Positions 1 through 9,672 of a DNA stretch of 29,725 nt are shown here, piece by piece. Below the pieces are notes generated by a model. It ran no database searches. It was not told the DNA's origin and saw only the letters and a program-made list of their open reading frames with translations. Location of the stretch: positions 1 through 29,725 of the forward strand of contig CAYXVP010000002.1 of assembly GCA_964468305.1 (NCBI GenBank), written 5' to 3'. The stretch's first letter is position 1; each line of letters opens with the position of its first letter. The translations under genes were made by a program, and so were the position numbers. This stretch comes from an uncultured Anaerolinea sp. (GTDB lineage Bacteria; Chloroflexota; Limnocylindria; Limnocylindrales; CSP1-4).

Positions 1-2
1 CC

Positions 3-689
3 CTGGGTTCGGTGTTCGACTTCGTGCTGCTGCACCAGACCGTGATCGGCCAGGAGGCGCTGCTGCAGATGGAGATGGCGGGCGAGGAGCCCGACGTCAT
101 CATCGCCTGCGCCGGCGGCGGCTCGAACTTCGCGGGCCTGACCTTCCCCTACATCGGCCGGTCACTCCGCGGCGGCCCGAAGCCCCGGGTCATCGCCGCC
201 GAGCCCGAGGCGGCGCCGTCGATGACCCGCGGCGTCTATCGCTACGACTTCGGCGACACCGCGCAGATGACCCCGCTGGTGAAGATGCACACCCTCGGCC
301 ACGACTTCGTGCCCGAGCCGATTCACGCGGGCGGGCTGCGCTACCACGGCATGTCGCCGCTCGTGTCGATGCTCAAGGAGAAGGGCCTCATCGAGGCGCA
401 GGCGGTCCACCAGCGGGCGACCTTCGACGCCGGCGTGCGATTCGCCCGGGCTGAGGGCATCCTGCCCGCGCCCGAGCCGACGCACGCGATCAAGGTCGCG
501 ATCGACGAGGCGGTCCAGGCGCGTGACGCCGGCCAGTCGAAGGTGATCCTGTTCAACCTGTGCGGCCACGGCCACTTCGACCTATCGGCCTACGAGCGCT
601 TCCTCGCCGGCACGCTCGAGGACTACGAGTACCCCGCCGCGAAGGTCCGGGAGGCGCTCGACGCGCTCAAGGCGCTGCCGGTCGGCTAG
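3..689 (+). CDS. trpB: Tryptophan synthase beta-like PLP enzyme (TrpB2 type), 5'-partial
   Basis: Frame is open from the window edge (LGSVFDFVLLHQTVIG). It has ACAGGGSNFAG, HAGGLRYHG, PAPEPTHA and LFNLCGHG motifs typical of TrpB2. No trpA in the window. Confidence 0.92.
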   Translation: MGSVFDFVLLHQTVIGQEALLQMEMAGEEPDVIIACAGGGSNFAGLTFPYIGRSLRGGPKPRVIAAEPEAAPSMTRGVYRYDFGDTAQMTPLVKMHTLGHDFVPEPIHAGGLRYHGMSPLVSMLKEKGLIEAQAVHQRATFDAGVRFARAEGILPAPEPTHAIKVAIDEAVQARDAGQSKVILFNLCGHGHFDLSAYERFLAGTLEDYEYPAAKVREALDALKALPVG

Positions 690-740
690 CGGGGCCTCGG
701 CCGGGGGCCTGTTCCAGTAGCTACTCGGCGAACCACAGCA

Positions 741-1208
741 TCAATCGGCCATTGACACGCGGACCGCCTCCGGGTCGTCGATGTCCACCTGAGAATACAT
801 TGGTGTCTCGTGCCACACGACTGGCTCGGCTGAGCTCAGGATGCGGCGGGCCTCGCCGGGCTGATCGGTGGCGAAGGCAAGCGTGACGTTCCCGCCAGAC
901 ATCGATGTTGGCAGGACCACCTCGATGTTGATGCCCGCGTCGGCCAGCTTTCCCGCGGTCATCGCGAGCGTGCCCGGGGCATGCTCGAGCGTGGTGGTCA
1001 CAACTTCGATCTCCCGCGCTACGTAGCCCGCCTCCGCGAGCGCCTGGCGTGTCCCGACCTCGTCGCTCGTGATGAGGGCAAGCTTGCTGCTGGCGCCGGC
1101 GGAGATACCGCTGAAGGCCGTGATGTTGATGCCCTTGCGGGCGATCGCTCCGGCAGCCCTTGCGATCTCCCCCGGGATGTTCTCGACGTCCACGATGAAG
1201 ATGTTCAT
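741..1208 (-). CDS. Tandem ACT-domain protein
   Basis: Two ACT-like repeats (ENIPGEIARAAGAIARKGINI and EHAPGTLAMTAGKLADAGINI). ATG at 1208 preferred, alternative GTG at 1220. Confidence 0.85.
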   Translation of the reverse strand: MNIFIVDVENIPGEIARAAGAIARKGINITAFSGISAGASSKLALITSDEVGTRQALAEAGYVAREIEVVTTTLEHAPGTLAMTAGKLADAGINIEVVLPTSMSGGNVTLAFATDQPGEARRILSSAEPVVWHETPMYSQVDIDDPEAVRVSMAD

Positions 1209-1261
1209 CGGCTCACTCACGATACGCCAGGTCTCGCCCGGGCGCCTCGATACGGGCTGGC

Positions 1262-1294
1262 AAAAGAAAACGGCCCGTCCGGAGACGGGCCGTT
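1262..1294 (-). terminator. Rho-independent terminator of the cold-shock gene
   Basis: Perfect 11-bp stem AACGGCCCGTC/GACGGGCCGTT (1269-1279 and 1284-1294) with a 4-nt loop. It is followed on the minus strand by a U-rich tail (plus-strand AAAAGAAAA) and lies about 20 nt past the csp stop. Confidence 0.9.
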
Positions 1295-1314
1295 CGAACG
1301 CTCTGGGTTGACGC

Positions 1315-1530
1315 TTACGCGGTCACGCCGGCGGCGTGGACGCGCGAAGCGCGCGGGCCCTTCGGGCTCTGCTCGATGTCGAACTCGACCTTCTCGCCGC
1401 CGTTCAGGCGGTCGAAGTCAAGTGTCGAGTCGAGCGCGCCGCGATGGAAGAAATAATCCTTGCCATCGTCGGCGGTGATGAAGCCAAATCCACGATCGGA
1501 GATGACCTTCTTGACTGTTCCGGTGGTCAC
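1315..1530 (-). CDS. csp: Cold-shock domain protein (CspA family)
   Basis: GTVKKVISDRGFGFI (RNP1) and YFFH (RNP2) motifs, 71 aa. GTG start at 1530 follows an AAGGAGG Shine-Dalgarno. Confidence 0.95.
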   Translation of the reverse strand: MTTGTVKKVISDRGFGFITADDGKDYFFHRGALDSTLDFDRLNGGEKVEFDIEQSPKGPRASRVHAAGVTA

Positions 1531-1632
1531 GAAGACCTCCTTCACTTCCCGAACGAGGGAGGAAGAACGCACGGTCTGTTCGAGAAGGTAGGTCGACCAC
1601 GCGGTGTCGTCACGAGAGGCGACGAGGCATCA

Positions 1633-1661
1633 ACCCTAGCACAAATGTTCGATCTTGTCGA
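1633..1661 (-). promoter_or_regulatory. Sigma70-type promoter of csp
   Basis: Minus strand reads TCGACA-N17-TAGGGT with TG just upstream of the -10 (extended -10). This predicts a 5' UTR of about 95 nt. Confidence 0.65.
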
Positions 1662-1819
1662 CCCCGACCGTGTTGAAGGTGGTGCTGCTGCGGTGGCCCT
1701 GCGGCGATCGCATGGGCCATCAAGCCCGGCGACCTTCGGTGACCGAACGCACCAAGGCGAGGTCGGACGGACCGTCGTTGACCGTTGAGCCCGGCTTGCT
1801 GGGCGATACTCCAGCGTCG

Positions 1820-3247
1820 ATGTCACGCAAGCCGGCCACGTTCCTCGCGCTGCTCCTGAGCGCCGCCATCGGCATGCTCGCGGGCGGCGCCGGCCTGGTC
1901 GCCGCCCAGACGGCAGCAGACCCGTCCGCGGTGGTCCTCGTCTTCGACGTCTCCAACGCGATCCTCCAGAGCAACGACGGCACCAACATCGAGTTCGCGG
2001 CGGCGCTCGACAAGATCGCCGATCGCGTCGGGACGATCGCGGCCGACCTCACCGCGGGCAACGCCACGATCTCGTTTGTCGCCTTCGGGCGGAAGGCGAT
2101 TCCATATCCCTCCGGGTGCCAGCGGCTCCAGCTGCACGACGACCCGGCCGCAGTGACGCGCTTCGAGGGCTGCCTGCGTACGATCGCCGCCGACTACCAG
2201 GCCGGTTCCAGGGCACCCGTCAGGCAGCGCATCAACACCGCGGGCAGGGACCACTTCGCCGCCCTGGACGAGGCCTCCGAGACCCTCCCGGCGGGTTCTG
2301 TTCGATCCGCAGTCGTCTTTTTCGCCGTCGGCCAGAACGATCCGCCCGGGACCGCCCGCGACCACGAAGACGTCGTCGCCAAGGTCACGCCGGCGTTCGC
2401 CGGCCGGACGCCCCTCGCGATCCTGCCGGTTGGCCTCGGCGCGGGGGCGGGTGCGTTCGAGTCCGAGCTCCAGGCGATCTACGACGCCTTCATTCGAGAC
2501 ATGGCGCCGTGCAACGGTCGGGCGAGCTTCTCGTGGCCACAGGTCGTCTTCCCGTCTGCCGAGGAGGCGGGCGCCGCCGTCGCGCTCGGCCTCCAGGAGG
2601 TGACCTGCAGCTTCACGGTCACCCCGACACCGATCCCGACGTTGCCCCCGACCGCCACGCCCGCCCTGACCGCCACCCCGACCCCGACAGTCGCCGCGTC
2701 GCCCGCGGTCGTTGCGCCCGCTTGCAGCGCTGGCCTGTTCGAGTGCAACCCGTTGGCACTGTGGGTGGCCGTGGGCGGCGCCGTCGTTGCGATCGTGGGC
2801 GGTCTGCTGTTCGGGAGCCGGCTGTATGCCAGGCGCAACCGCGTCTGGGTCACCGCCCAGGTCGACGGCGGCCCGAATCGACCGCTGGGCTGGGGGCCGC
2901 GGCTCGGGATCGGCCTGGATCGCGACGAAGGTGGTTGGTACGCCGTCAAGCGGTCGGGGAAGTCGGCCCCGATCCAGGTCCGCTATCGGGGCAACAACCG
3001 GTTCCTCGTCCAGTCGTCGGCCGGGGTTCGGGACGTTCACCAGGGTGACCCCGCGACGGTCCGTGAGGGCACCGGCGAGACGCACCAGCTCATCCTCAGG
3101 CGGTATGTTCGGCGCCTGGGCGAGGAAGCTCCGGCCCGTCGAGCCCACGCCGATGACAGCGGCGAGGACTTCTCCGTCCGCCTCGACCGGTCCCCATCGA
3201 GCTCGTCGTCCACGGACGGCGGCTCGACCCCGGAGGACGCTGCCTAG
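1820..3247 (+). CDS. VWA-domain membrane protein (signal peptide, VWA-like domain, Pro/Thr linker, TM helix, cytoplasmic tail)
   Basis: ATG 1820 gives a signal-like N-terminus (MSRKPATFLALLLSAAIG...AAQ). VVLVFDVS, ISFVAFG, VVFF and ILPVGLG match VWA strands. TPTPIPT linker and TM LWVAVGGAVVAIVGGLLFG follow. Confidence 0.75.
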   Translation: MSRKPATFLALLLSAAIGMLAGGAGLVAAQTAADPSAVVLVFDVSNAILQSNDGTNIEFAAALDKIADRVGTIAADLTAGNATISFVAFGRKAIPYPSGCQRLQLHDDPAAVTRFEGCLRTIAADYQAGSRAPVRQRINTAGRDHFAALDEASETLPAGSVRSAVVFFAVGQNDPPGTARDHEDVVAKVTPAFAGRTPLAILPVGLGAGAGAFESELQAIYDAFIRDMAPCNGRASFSWPQVVFPSAEEAGAAVALGLQEVTCSFTVTPTPIPTLPPTATPALTATPTPTVAASPAVVAPACSAGLFECNPLALWVAVGGAVVAIVGGLLFGSRLYARRNRVWVTAQVDGGPNRPLGWGPRLGIGLDRDEGGWYAVKRSGKSAPIQVRYRGNNRFLVQSSAGVRDVHQGDPATVREGTGETHQLILRRYVRRLGEEAPARRAHADDSGEDFSVRLDRSPSSSSSTDGGSTPEDAA

Positions 3248-3309
3248 ATTCCCGGCCGTGGATCCGAGCATCGCCTCGCAGCGAGCTCCGTCGACGACGC
3301 CACGAGCAC

Positions 3310-3315
3310 TAGACT
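3310..3315 (+). promoter_or_regulatory. -10 element for a leaderless cyclase transcript
   Basis: TAGACT lies 6 nt before GTG 3322 and there is no Shine-Dalgarno. Confidence 0.55.
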
Positions 3316-3321
3316 GCGGCC

Positions 3322-6300
3322 GTGATCTGCCCGGCGTGCGGTAGCGAGAATCGGCAAGGGGCCAAGTTCTGCTCCGAGTGCGCGACGCCGCTGGCGGCGG
3401 GCTGCCCGAACTGCGGCACGATCAACCCGCCGAGCGCCAAGTTCTGCTCGGAATGCGCGACGCCGCTGCAGGCCGGCGCGCGGCCAGCAGGTGCCCCGGG
3501 GGCGGCCTCACCGGCGCCCTCGACCTCAACCGCGGCGGTCCGCACCGACGCGCTCCGTGCCATTGATGGCAGCGGCGAGGGCGTCGCCGAGCGGCGGCTC
3601 GTCAGCGTGCTGTTCGCGGATCTGGTGGGGTTCACCACGTTCTCCGAGGGCCGGGACGCTGAGGAGGTTCGCGAGACCCTCAGCCGCTACTTCGAGCTGG
3701 CGTCGGACCTGATCGGTCGCTACGGCGGCACCGTCGAGAAGTTCATCGGCGACGCCGTGATGGCGGTCTGGGGCGCGCCGATCGCGCGCGAGGATGACGC
3801 CGAGCGCGCCGTCCGTGCCGCGCTGGACCTCGTCGACGCGATTCCGTCACTCGGTCCGGGGATCCAGGCACGAGCCGGCGTGCTGACCGGCGAGGCTGCG
3901 GTGACGATCGGGGCGACGAACCAGGGGATGGTCGCCGGCGACATGGTCAACACGGCGAGCCGGCTTCAATCCGCGGCGGCGCCCGGCGCCGTCCTGGTTG
4001 GCGAGGCGACCCACCGTGCCGCGCAGGCCGCGATTGTCTTCGAGGAGGCGGGCGCGCAATCCCTGAAGGGCAAGACCAGCCCCGTGCCGGCCTGGCGCGC
4101 GGTGCGCGTCGTCGCCGAGCGGGGCGGCCGGAACCGAAGCGAGACCCTCGAGGCGCCGTTCGTCGGGCGAGACGAGGAGCTGCGGCTCATCAAGGACCTC
4201 TTCCATGCGACCGGCCGCGAGGGCAAGTCCCGGCTGATCAGCGTGACCGGACCGGCGGGCATCGGCAAGACGCGCCTGGCGTGGGAGTTCCTGAAGTACG
4301 TCGACGGGCTGGTCGACAACGTCTGGTGGCACGCGGGTCGAAGCCCGGCCTACGGCGACGGCATCACGTTCTGGGCGCTGGGCGAGATGGTCCGCGGTCG
4401 CGCCGGTCTGTCGGAGACCGACGACGAGGCGACCACGCGTGAGCGCATCCGCGCGACCCTGCGGCAGCACGTACCGGACGAGACGGACGCTCGATGGATC
4501 GAGGCGGCCCTGCTCGCCCTCCTTGGCGTGGGCGGGGGCGCATCGATTGCCTCGGACCAGCTCTTCGCCGCGTGGCGGACCTTCTTCGAGAGGCTCGCCC
4601 GCACGTCGCCCGTCGTCATGGTCTTCGAGGACACGCACCACGCCGACGCGGGCCTGCTCGACTTCATCGACCACCTCGTCGAATGGAGCAGAACCTCGCC
4701 GATCACCCTGATCACGCTCTCGCGCCCGGAGCTGCTCGAGCGACGCCCGGACTGGGGCGCCGGCAAGCGGGCGTTCACCTCGATCTATCTCGAAGCCCTG
4801 CCGTCGGGGGACATGGAGCGGCTGCTCGCTGGCCTCGTCCCGGGCCTCCCGCACGCCTCGATCGACATGATCGTCGCCCGAGCCGACGGGATCCCGCTGT
4901 ACGCGGTCGAGACCGTTCGAATGCTCCTCGCCCAGGGCAAGCTGGTGAACGACGGCGACGCCTACAGACCGTCCGGCGCGCTCGACGACCTGGCCGTCCC
5001 GGAGACCCTCACGGCGCTCATCGCTGCCCGGCTGGACGGCCTCGAAGCCGCCGATCGAGCGCTCGTCGAGGACGCCGCCGTCCTGGGCCAGAGCTTCACG
5101 ACGGCGGGGCTCGCCGCAGTCTCCGGGCAGCCGGCCGGGGAGCTCGAGCCGCGCCTGCGCGCGCTCGTCCGCCGTGAGCTGCTCGTGCTCGACGACAACC
5201 CGCGGTCGCCGGAGCGCGGCCAGTATGCGTTCGTGCAGGCGCTCATCCGCGAGGTCGCCTACAACACGCTCTCGAAGAAGGATCGGAAAGCGCGCCACCT
5301 GGCGGCGGCACGCTTCTTCGAGAGCCTGGCAACCGACGAGCTCGCGGGCGGTCTCGCGCAGCACTACCTCGCCGCCCAACGGCTCGCGGCCGACGACGAC
5401 GAGGCGAACGCCCTCGCAGCACAGGCGCGAATCGCCCTTCGGGGCGCGGCGGAGCGAGCGTACGCGCTCGGCTCGTACGAGCAGGCCCGAACCTTCCTCG
5501 AGCAGGCCCTCGAGGTGACCACGGATCCCGCGGACCGGGCCGACCTTCACGAGCGTGCGCGACTCGCCGCGCAGAACGGGCTCGACCCCGAGCCCGTCGT
5601 ACGCCACGCGGCAGCCGCCGAGGCTGAGCGTCGCAAGACAACGGATCGGGAGGCGATCGCGATGGCCGCCGCGGCACATGCCCAGGCCTTCCGCACGGTC
5701 CGCAACGACCCGGCGGCCGCGCTCCCGATGATCGAGCGTGTCTGGGAGGAGTTCTCGGACCTCGAGGAGACGCGGGCGGGCGTCGAGATGATGTCGGTGA
5801 TCGCACGCGTCTACGGCGGACTTGCCGACAACAAGGCGGCCCTGGCCTGGGTGGACCGCTATCTGCCGATCGCCGAGCGTCTCGGCGACCTCCGGGTCAT
5901 CGGGCGTGGCCTCCTGGGTCGCGGGTCACAGCTGTCCATGACCGGCCGACCCCGTGAAGGCATCGTGCTGCTGCGCGGTGCCCATCAGCTGGCCCTGGCG
6001 AACGACTATCGAGAGCTCGAGCTCGCGGGCCGCGTCCTGCTCACGTTCTATGAGCAGTGGGGCGAACCAGCGGCCGGGCTCGCCCTTGGTCGAGAGGGCC
6101 TCGACATCGGGCGCCGTCTTGGCTCGACCGCGTACGGCTTCCAGATGGTCGGCAACACCTCGATTTGCGCGCTGCGGGTCGGCGAGTGGGACTGGGTCGA
6201 CGCCATCCTGGACGAGTGGCTCGAGGTGGAGTCCGACGAGGCATTCTGGGTGGAGCTCCACATCGATCGGGCGCTGCTGCAGGCGCATCGCGGACTCGAC

Positions 6301-6921
6301 AGTGCCGCCGAGATTGACCTCGCGGCGCGACGCCGGGCAACGATCACGGATCCGCAGTACGAGTCCTATGAGCTGTTCGCGCGCGCAGTGGCGGGCCTTC
6401 TCGCCGGCGAGTACGCGGAGGCGATCGAGCATGCCGAGCGGGCCGTGGCGATCACCGGGTATTTCACGCCGCTGGCGTATCCGGTGGCGGCCCGCGCCGC
6501 GCTGTGGGCAGGCGACGCCTCCACGGCGCGCCGCCTCCTCGAAGCTCAGACGAGCGCGACGTATTGGGGACCTGTGCTCGAGGCCGACGGGACACGGATT
6601 CGGGCTGGCATCGCGGCGCTGGAAGGGCGCGCGAACGAGGCGCTGACAGGGTTCCTCGATGCGATCCGGGCGTACGAGCAGCTCGCCCTGCCGTTCGAGG
6701 TGGCGGCGGCCGCGGTCGACATGGCCGTGCTGCTGCCCGGCGCAGCGACCGAGTCGCCGGCGGCGGCAGCCGTGGTTGCGACCGCCCGCGAAACGCTGAC
6801 GCGCCTCGGCGCAGGCCCATTCCTCGTCCGATTGGACGGGGCCGGCGGCCGCGACGGGCGGCGCAATGGAAGAGGCGAAGATAGGGTCGTGGCCGCCCCG
6901 GCCGCGACGCCCAGCGGCTGA
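3322..6921 (+). CDS. Double zinc ribbon / class III adenylate-guanylate cyclase / STAND AAA ATPase / TPR protein
   Basis: Four CxxC pairs at the N-terminus. Cyclase motifs VLFADLVGFT, EKFIGDAVMAVWG and GDMVNTASRLQ. Walker A GPAGIGKT, Walker B VMVFED, and a helical C-terminus. Confidence 0.93.
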   Translation: MICPACGSENRQGAKFCSECATPLAAGCPNCGTINPPSAKFCSECATPLQAGARPAGAPGAASPAPSTSTAAVRTDALRAIDGSGEGVAERRLVSVLFADLVGFTTFSEGRDAEEVRETLSRYFELASDLIGRYGGTVEKFIGDAVMAVWGAPIAREDDAERAVRAALDLVDAIPSLGPGIQARAGVLTGEAAVTIGATNQGMVAGDMVNTASRLQSAAAPGAVLVGEATHRAAQAAIVFEEAGAQSLKGKTSPVPAWRAVRVVAERGGRNRSETLEAPFVGRDEELRLIKDLFHATGREGKSRLISVTGPAGIGKTRLAWEFLKYVDGLVDNVWWHAGRSPAYGDGITFWALGEMVRGRAGLSETDDEATTRERIRATLRQHVPDETDARWIEAALLALLGVGGGASIASDQLFAAWRTFFERLARTSPVVMVFEDTHHADAGLLDFIDHLVEWSRTSPITLITLSRPELLERRPDWGAGKRAFTSIYLEALPSGDMERLLAGLVPGLPHASIDMIVARADGIPLYAVETVRMLLAQGKLVNDGDAYRPSGALDDLAVPETLTALIAARLDGLEAADRALVEDAAVLGQSFTTAGLAAVSGQPAGELEPRLRALVRRELLVLDDNPRSPERGQYAFVQALIREVAYNTLSKKDRKARHLAAARFFESLATDELAGGLAQHYLAAQRLAADDDEANALAAQARIALRGAAERAYALGSYEQARTFLEQALEVTTDPADRADLHERARLAAQNGLDPEPVVRHAAAAEAERRKTTDREAIAMAAAAHAQAFRTVRNDPAAALPMIERVWEEFSDLEETRAGVEMMSVIARVYGGLADNKAALAWVDRYLPIAERLGDLRVIGRGLLGRGSQLSMTGRPREGIVLLRGAHQLALANDYRELELAGRVLLTFYEQWGEPAAGLALGREGLDIGRRLGSTAYGFQMVGNTSICALRVGEWDWVDAILDEWLEVESDEAFWVELHIDRALLQAHRGLDSAAEIDLAARRRATITDPQYESYELFARAVAGLLAGEYAEAIEHAERAVAITGYFTPLAYPVAARAALWAGDASTARRLLEAQTSATYWGPVLEADGTRIRAGIAALEGRANEALTGFLDAIRAYEQLALPFEVAAAAVDMAVLLPGAATESPAAAAVVATARETLTRLGAGPFLVRLDGAGGRDGRRNGRGEDRVVAAPAATPSG

Positions 6922-7023
6922 CTCCCGCCTAGGGTGCCGCGACCGCGGCGCCGAACCTCGCGAACCGCCCTGCATTGAGCAGCCCGAGTACGTCAACGCC
7001 CGACCGCGCCAGCCGGTCGCACA

Positions 7024-8082
7024 ATGCCGGCTGTGCGGGCTGTCATCTACGAAGCCTTCGGTGAACCGCCTTCGGTCCGCGAGGTCGCGGATCCAACGCC
7101 GCCTTATGACGGCGTGGTCGTCCGGGTCGAGGCGACCGGGCTGTGCCGCTCCGACTGGCACGGCTGGCGCGGCCACGATCCGGACATCAAGCTGCCGCAC
7201 GTCCCGGGTCATGAGCTGGCGGGGACGATCGTCGAGGTCGGTCGCGACGTCGCGAAGTGGAAGGCGGGCGATCGGGTCGTCGTGCCGTTCATCTGCGCCT
7301 GCGGCGTCTGCGGGCCGTGCCGCGCCGGCGACTACCAGGTCTGCGACGATCAGGAGCAGCCCGGCTTCACCCACTGGGGCTCGTTCGCCGAGCTCGTCGC
7401 GCTGCACCGCGCCGACCTCAACATGGTTCGACTGCCGGACGATCTCGACTTCGTGACCGCGGCCGCTCTCGGCTGCCGCTTTGCGACCGCCCATCGAGCG
7501 GTGGTCGCGCAGGGTCGGGTCGCGGCCGGCGAGTGGGTCGCGGTGTACGGCTGCGGCGGCGTCGGGCTGTCGGCGGTGATGATCGCGGTGGCGGCCGGGG
7601 CACGGGTGGTCGCGGTCGACGTCTCACAGGCGGCCCTGGCGGCGGCGAAGGAGCTCGGTGCGACAGCGACGATCGATGCGTCAGGCGGCGACGTCGTCGC
7701 GCGGGTCTTCGAGGCGACCGACGGCGGCGCCCACCTCTCGATCGATGCCCTCGGCAGCGCCGGCACGGCGTTCGACTCGATCGCGAGCCTGCGGAAGCGC
7801 GGGCGGCACATCCAGGTCGGGCTCATGCTCGGCGACGATGCGCATGCGCCGGTGCCGATGGACCTAGTCGTCGCCCGCGAGCTCGAGATCCGCGGCAGCC
7901 ACGGCATGGCCGCGCGCGACTACGGGGCGATGCTCGCGAGCATCGCCGAGGGCCGCCTCGACCCGAGTCGCCTCGTCGGCCGGACGATCAGCCTCGATGA
8001 GGCCCCCGCTGCGCTGATGGCCATGGACGGACCACAGTTAGTCGCGGGGATGAACGTCATCCTGCCGCGGAGCTACACCTGA
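7024..8082 (+). CDS. Zinc-dependent alcohol dehydrogenase (MDR family)
   Basis: CRSDWH and GHE catalytic Zn motifs, CGVCGPC...C structural Zn site, and Rossmann motif YGCGGVG. Confidence 0.93.
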   Translation: MPAVRAVIYEAFGEPPSVREVADPTPPYDGVVVRVEATGLCRSDWHGWRGHDPDIKLPHVPGHELAGTIVEVGRDVAKWKAGDRVVVPFICACGVCGPCRAGDYQVCDDQEQPGFTHWGSFAELVALHRADLNMVRLPDDLDFVTAAALGCRFATAHRAVVAQGRVAAGEWVAVYGCGGVGLSAVMIAVAAGARVVAVDVSQAALAAAKELGATATIDASGGDVVARVFEATDGGAHLSIDALGSAGTAFDSIASLRKRGRHIQVGLMLGDDAHAPVPMDLVVARELEIRGSHGMAARDYGAMLASIAEGRLDPSRLVGRTISLDEAPAALMAMDGPQLVAGMNVILPRSYT

Positions 8083-8136
8083 GTCGGTGGACAACGCGAG
8101 GGTCGGCACGTAAGCTCCGGTCACCAGGTCTGGTGA

Positions 8137-9669
8137 TTACGCTATTTCATCAGGCGCCGCGAGCAATCGCCGAAGCTTGGCTATGGCCGCATCCACCTCA
8201 CGACCGCGCGACTCGATTTGGTCGAGGAGCTCTTCCGGCGTCCGTTGGTCCTCCACGGCCTTGGCGTTGGGATTCACAGCCTTCAAATCGAAGTTCTGTG
8301 CTTCTATATCGCCCCGTGCCATTGTCCAAGAGCGGTCCGAATCGCTCCGACTCGGGAGAAGCTCGAAGAATCCTTCGAATCGGTCGAGTGTTAGCGGCTG
8401 CTTCTTCGTAACCTTGACGTCCGAGAGGTCGTAGTACCAGACCCGTTCGGTCGGGCCGCCCTTGGTGAAGAACAGCAGGTTCGTCTTCACGCCGGCGCCG
8501 GCCGACGAAAACACACCGGGTGGTAGCGAGACGATGCACCAAAGATCGCAGTCGTCCAAGAGCTTGCGTTTGGTCTGTACGAACGCAGTCTCGGTTGTGC
8601 GAAACAGTACACCTTCATCGATCACCATTCCGCATCGGCCGCCCACCTTCAGCGAAGCGATCACGTGCTGCAGAAATAGCACCTGCGTCGCGCCAGTCTT
8701 GTAGGCGAAAAGGGTCTGGGCCTCCTTGCCTTCTTTCCCACCGAACGGCGGGTTCATCAGGATCACGTCGTACTGCGATGGCGCACCGACGAACAAGCCG
8801 CCGTATGTCTCTTGGCCGGTCAACGTGTTGCCGTGCCAGATGTGTGGGCTGTCAATCCCGTGCAGGACGAGATTCGCTAGCGCAATTGGGTAAACGAGAT
8901 CAGCCTTCTCGCGACCCCAGAATGTGTCCTCCCGAAGTGCCTGGAGAAGGTCAGCGGTCGCTGCCGACCCGAGTGCCGCGCGCATCCACTCAAACGCCTG
9001 AGCCAAAAAGCCTCCGGTTCCACAACCGGGGTCATAGACCGTCTCGCCGAACTTCGGGTTAACCGCGCGAATCATCGCGCGAATAACCTCCCTGGGCGTG
9101 AAGAACTGCCCGCCGTCGTTGTTCTTCTCGCCCATCTTGAGCAGCAGGCCTTCGTACGCCTGGCTCAGCGTAAAAAGGTGAGTCTGGTCGACGGCCTCAA
9201 GGCGGATCGAATCGACGCGGTCGAGGATCTCGAGGAGGTTGCGCTCGGTGTCGACACCAACCTTGTCGATCGCCGACACTACCTGGCTGATCACTTTCTG
9301 GCGAGCCGTTGAGCTCGGCGGATCGGCAAGCCCGCGGAGATAGGGCAGGAGCTCTGAGTTGACGAAGCGCAGATAGCCGCCAAATGCCGCCTCTGTCAGC
9401 TCGATCCGCTTTGTCCCACCGGCCGATGCCCAGTCCCGCCAGCGATACGGTGCCTCTAGCGATGGCGTAAAGGAGACCCCGACGGCGTCAGCCTCGTCAG
9501 CCTCAAGCTCCTCACGCTCATCGAGGATGCGGAGGAAGAGGATCCACGACAACTCCGGGACGTACTGAAGGGCGCCCGCGTAGTTCGACCGCCGCATGAC
9601 GTCGGCGATCTGCTTGATCGCCGCGTTGACCGTGGACGGACCGGCAAGCCGGCGGGCGTTGACGACCAC
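8137..9669 (-). CDS. hsdM: Type I R-M methyltransferase subunit (N6-adenine)
   Basis: GQFFTPREVI, motif I YDPGCGTGGFL, motif IV NPPF, and HsdM N-terminal SWILFLRIL. Adjacent to hsdS and hsdR. Confidence 0.93.
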   Translation of the reverse strand: MVVNARRLAGPSTVNAAIKQIADVMRRSNYAGALQYVPELSWILFLRILDEREELEADEADAVGVSFTPSLEAPYRWRDWASAGGTKRIELTEAAFGGYLRFVNSELLPYLRGLADPPSSTARQKVISQVVSAIDKVGVDTERNLLEILDRVDSIRLEAVDQTHLFTLSQAYEGLLLKMGEKNNDGGQFFTPREVIRAMIRAVNPKFGETVYDPGCGTGGFLAQAFEWMRAALGSAATADLLQALREDTFWGREKADLVYPIALANLVLHGIDSPHIWHGNTLTGQETYGGLFVGAPSQYDVILMNPPFGGKEGKEAQTLFAYKTGATQVLFLQHVIASLKVGGRCGMVIDEGVLFRTTETAFVQTKRKLLDDCDLWCIVSLPPGVFSSAGAGVKTNLLFFTKGGPTERVWYYDLSDVKVTKKQPLTLDRFEGFFELLPSRSDSDRSWTMARGDIEAQNFDLKAVNPNAKAVEDQRTPEELLDQIESRGREVDAAIAKLRRLLAAPDEIA

Positions 9670-9672
9670 CGG

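Noticed and set aside
752-757. Perfect TTGACA -35 hexamer
   Set aside because: No -10 at 16-18 nt, and it lies inside the 3' end of the ACT gene with no plus-strand gene downstream.
2620-2700. ACCCCG-type short repeats here and in the 23620-23700 and 26100-26220 regions
   Set aside because: They simply encode Pro/Thr linkers of membrane proteins.
3361-3468. 33-bp near-identical direct repeat (3361-3393 and 3436-3468) as a CRISPR-like array
   Set aside because: Only two copies, in frame, encoding the AKFCSECATPL double zinc ribbon. No cas genes in the window.
1823-7494. Long antisense ORFs (1823-3271, 3847-5679, 5926-7494)
   Set aside because: They are Arg/Gly/Pro-rich shadows of well-supported plus-strand genes, expected in high-GC DNA, with no motifs or RBS.
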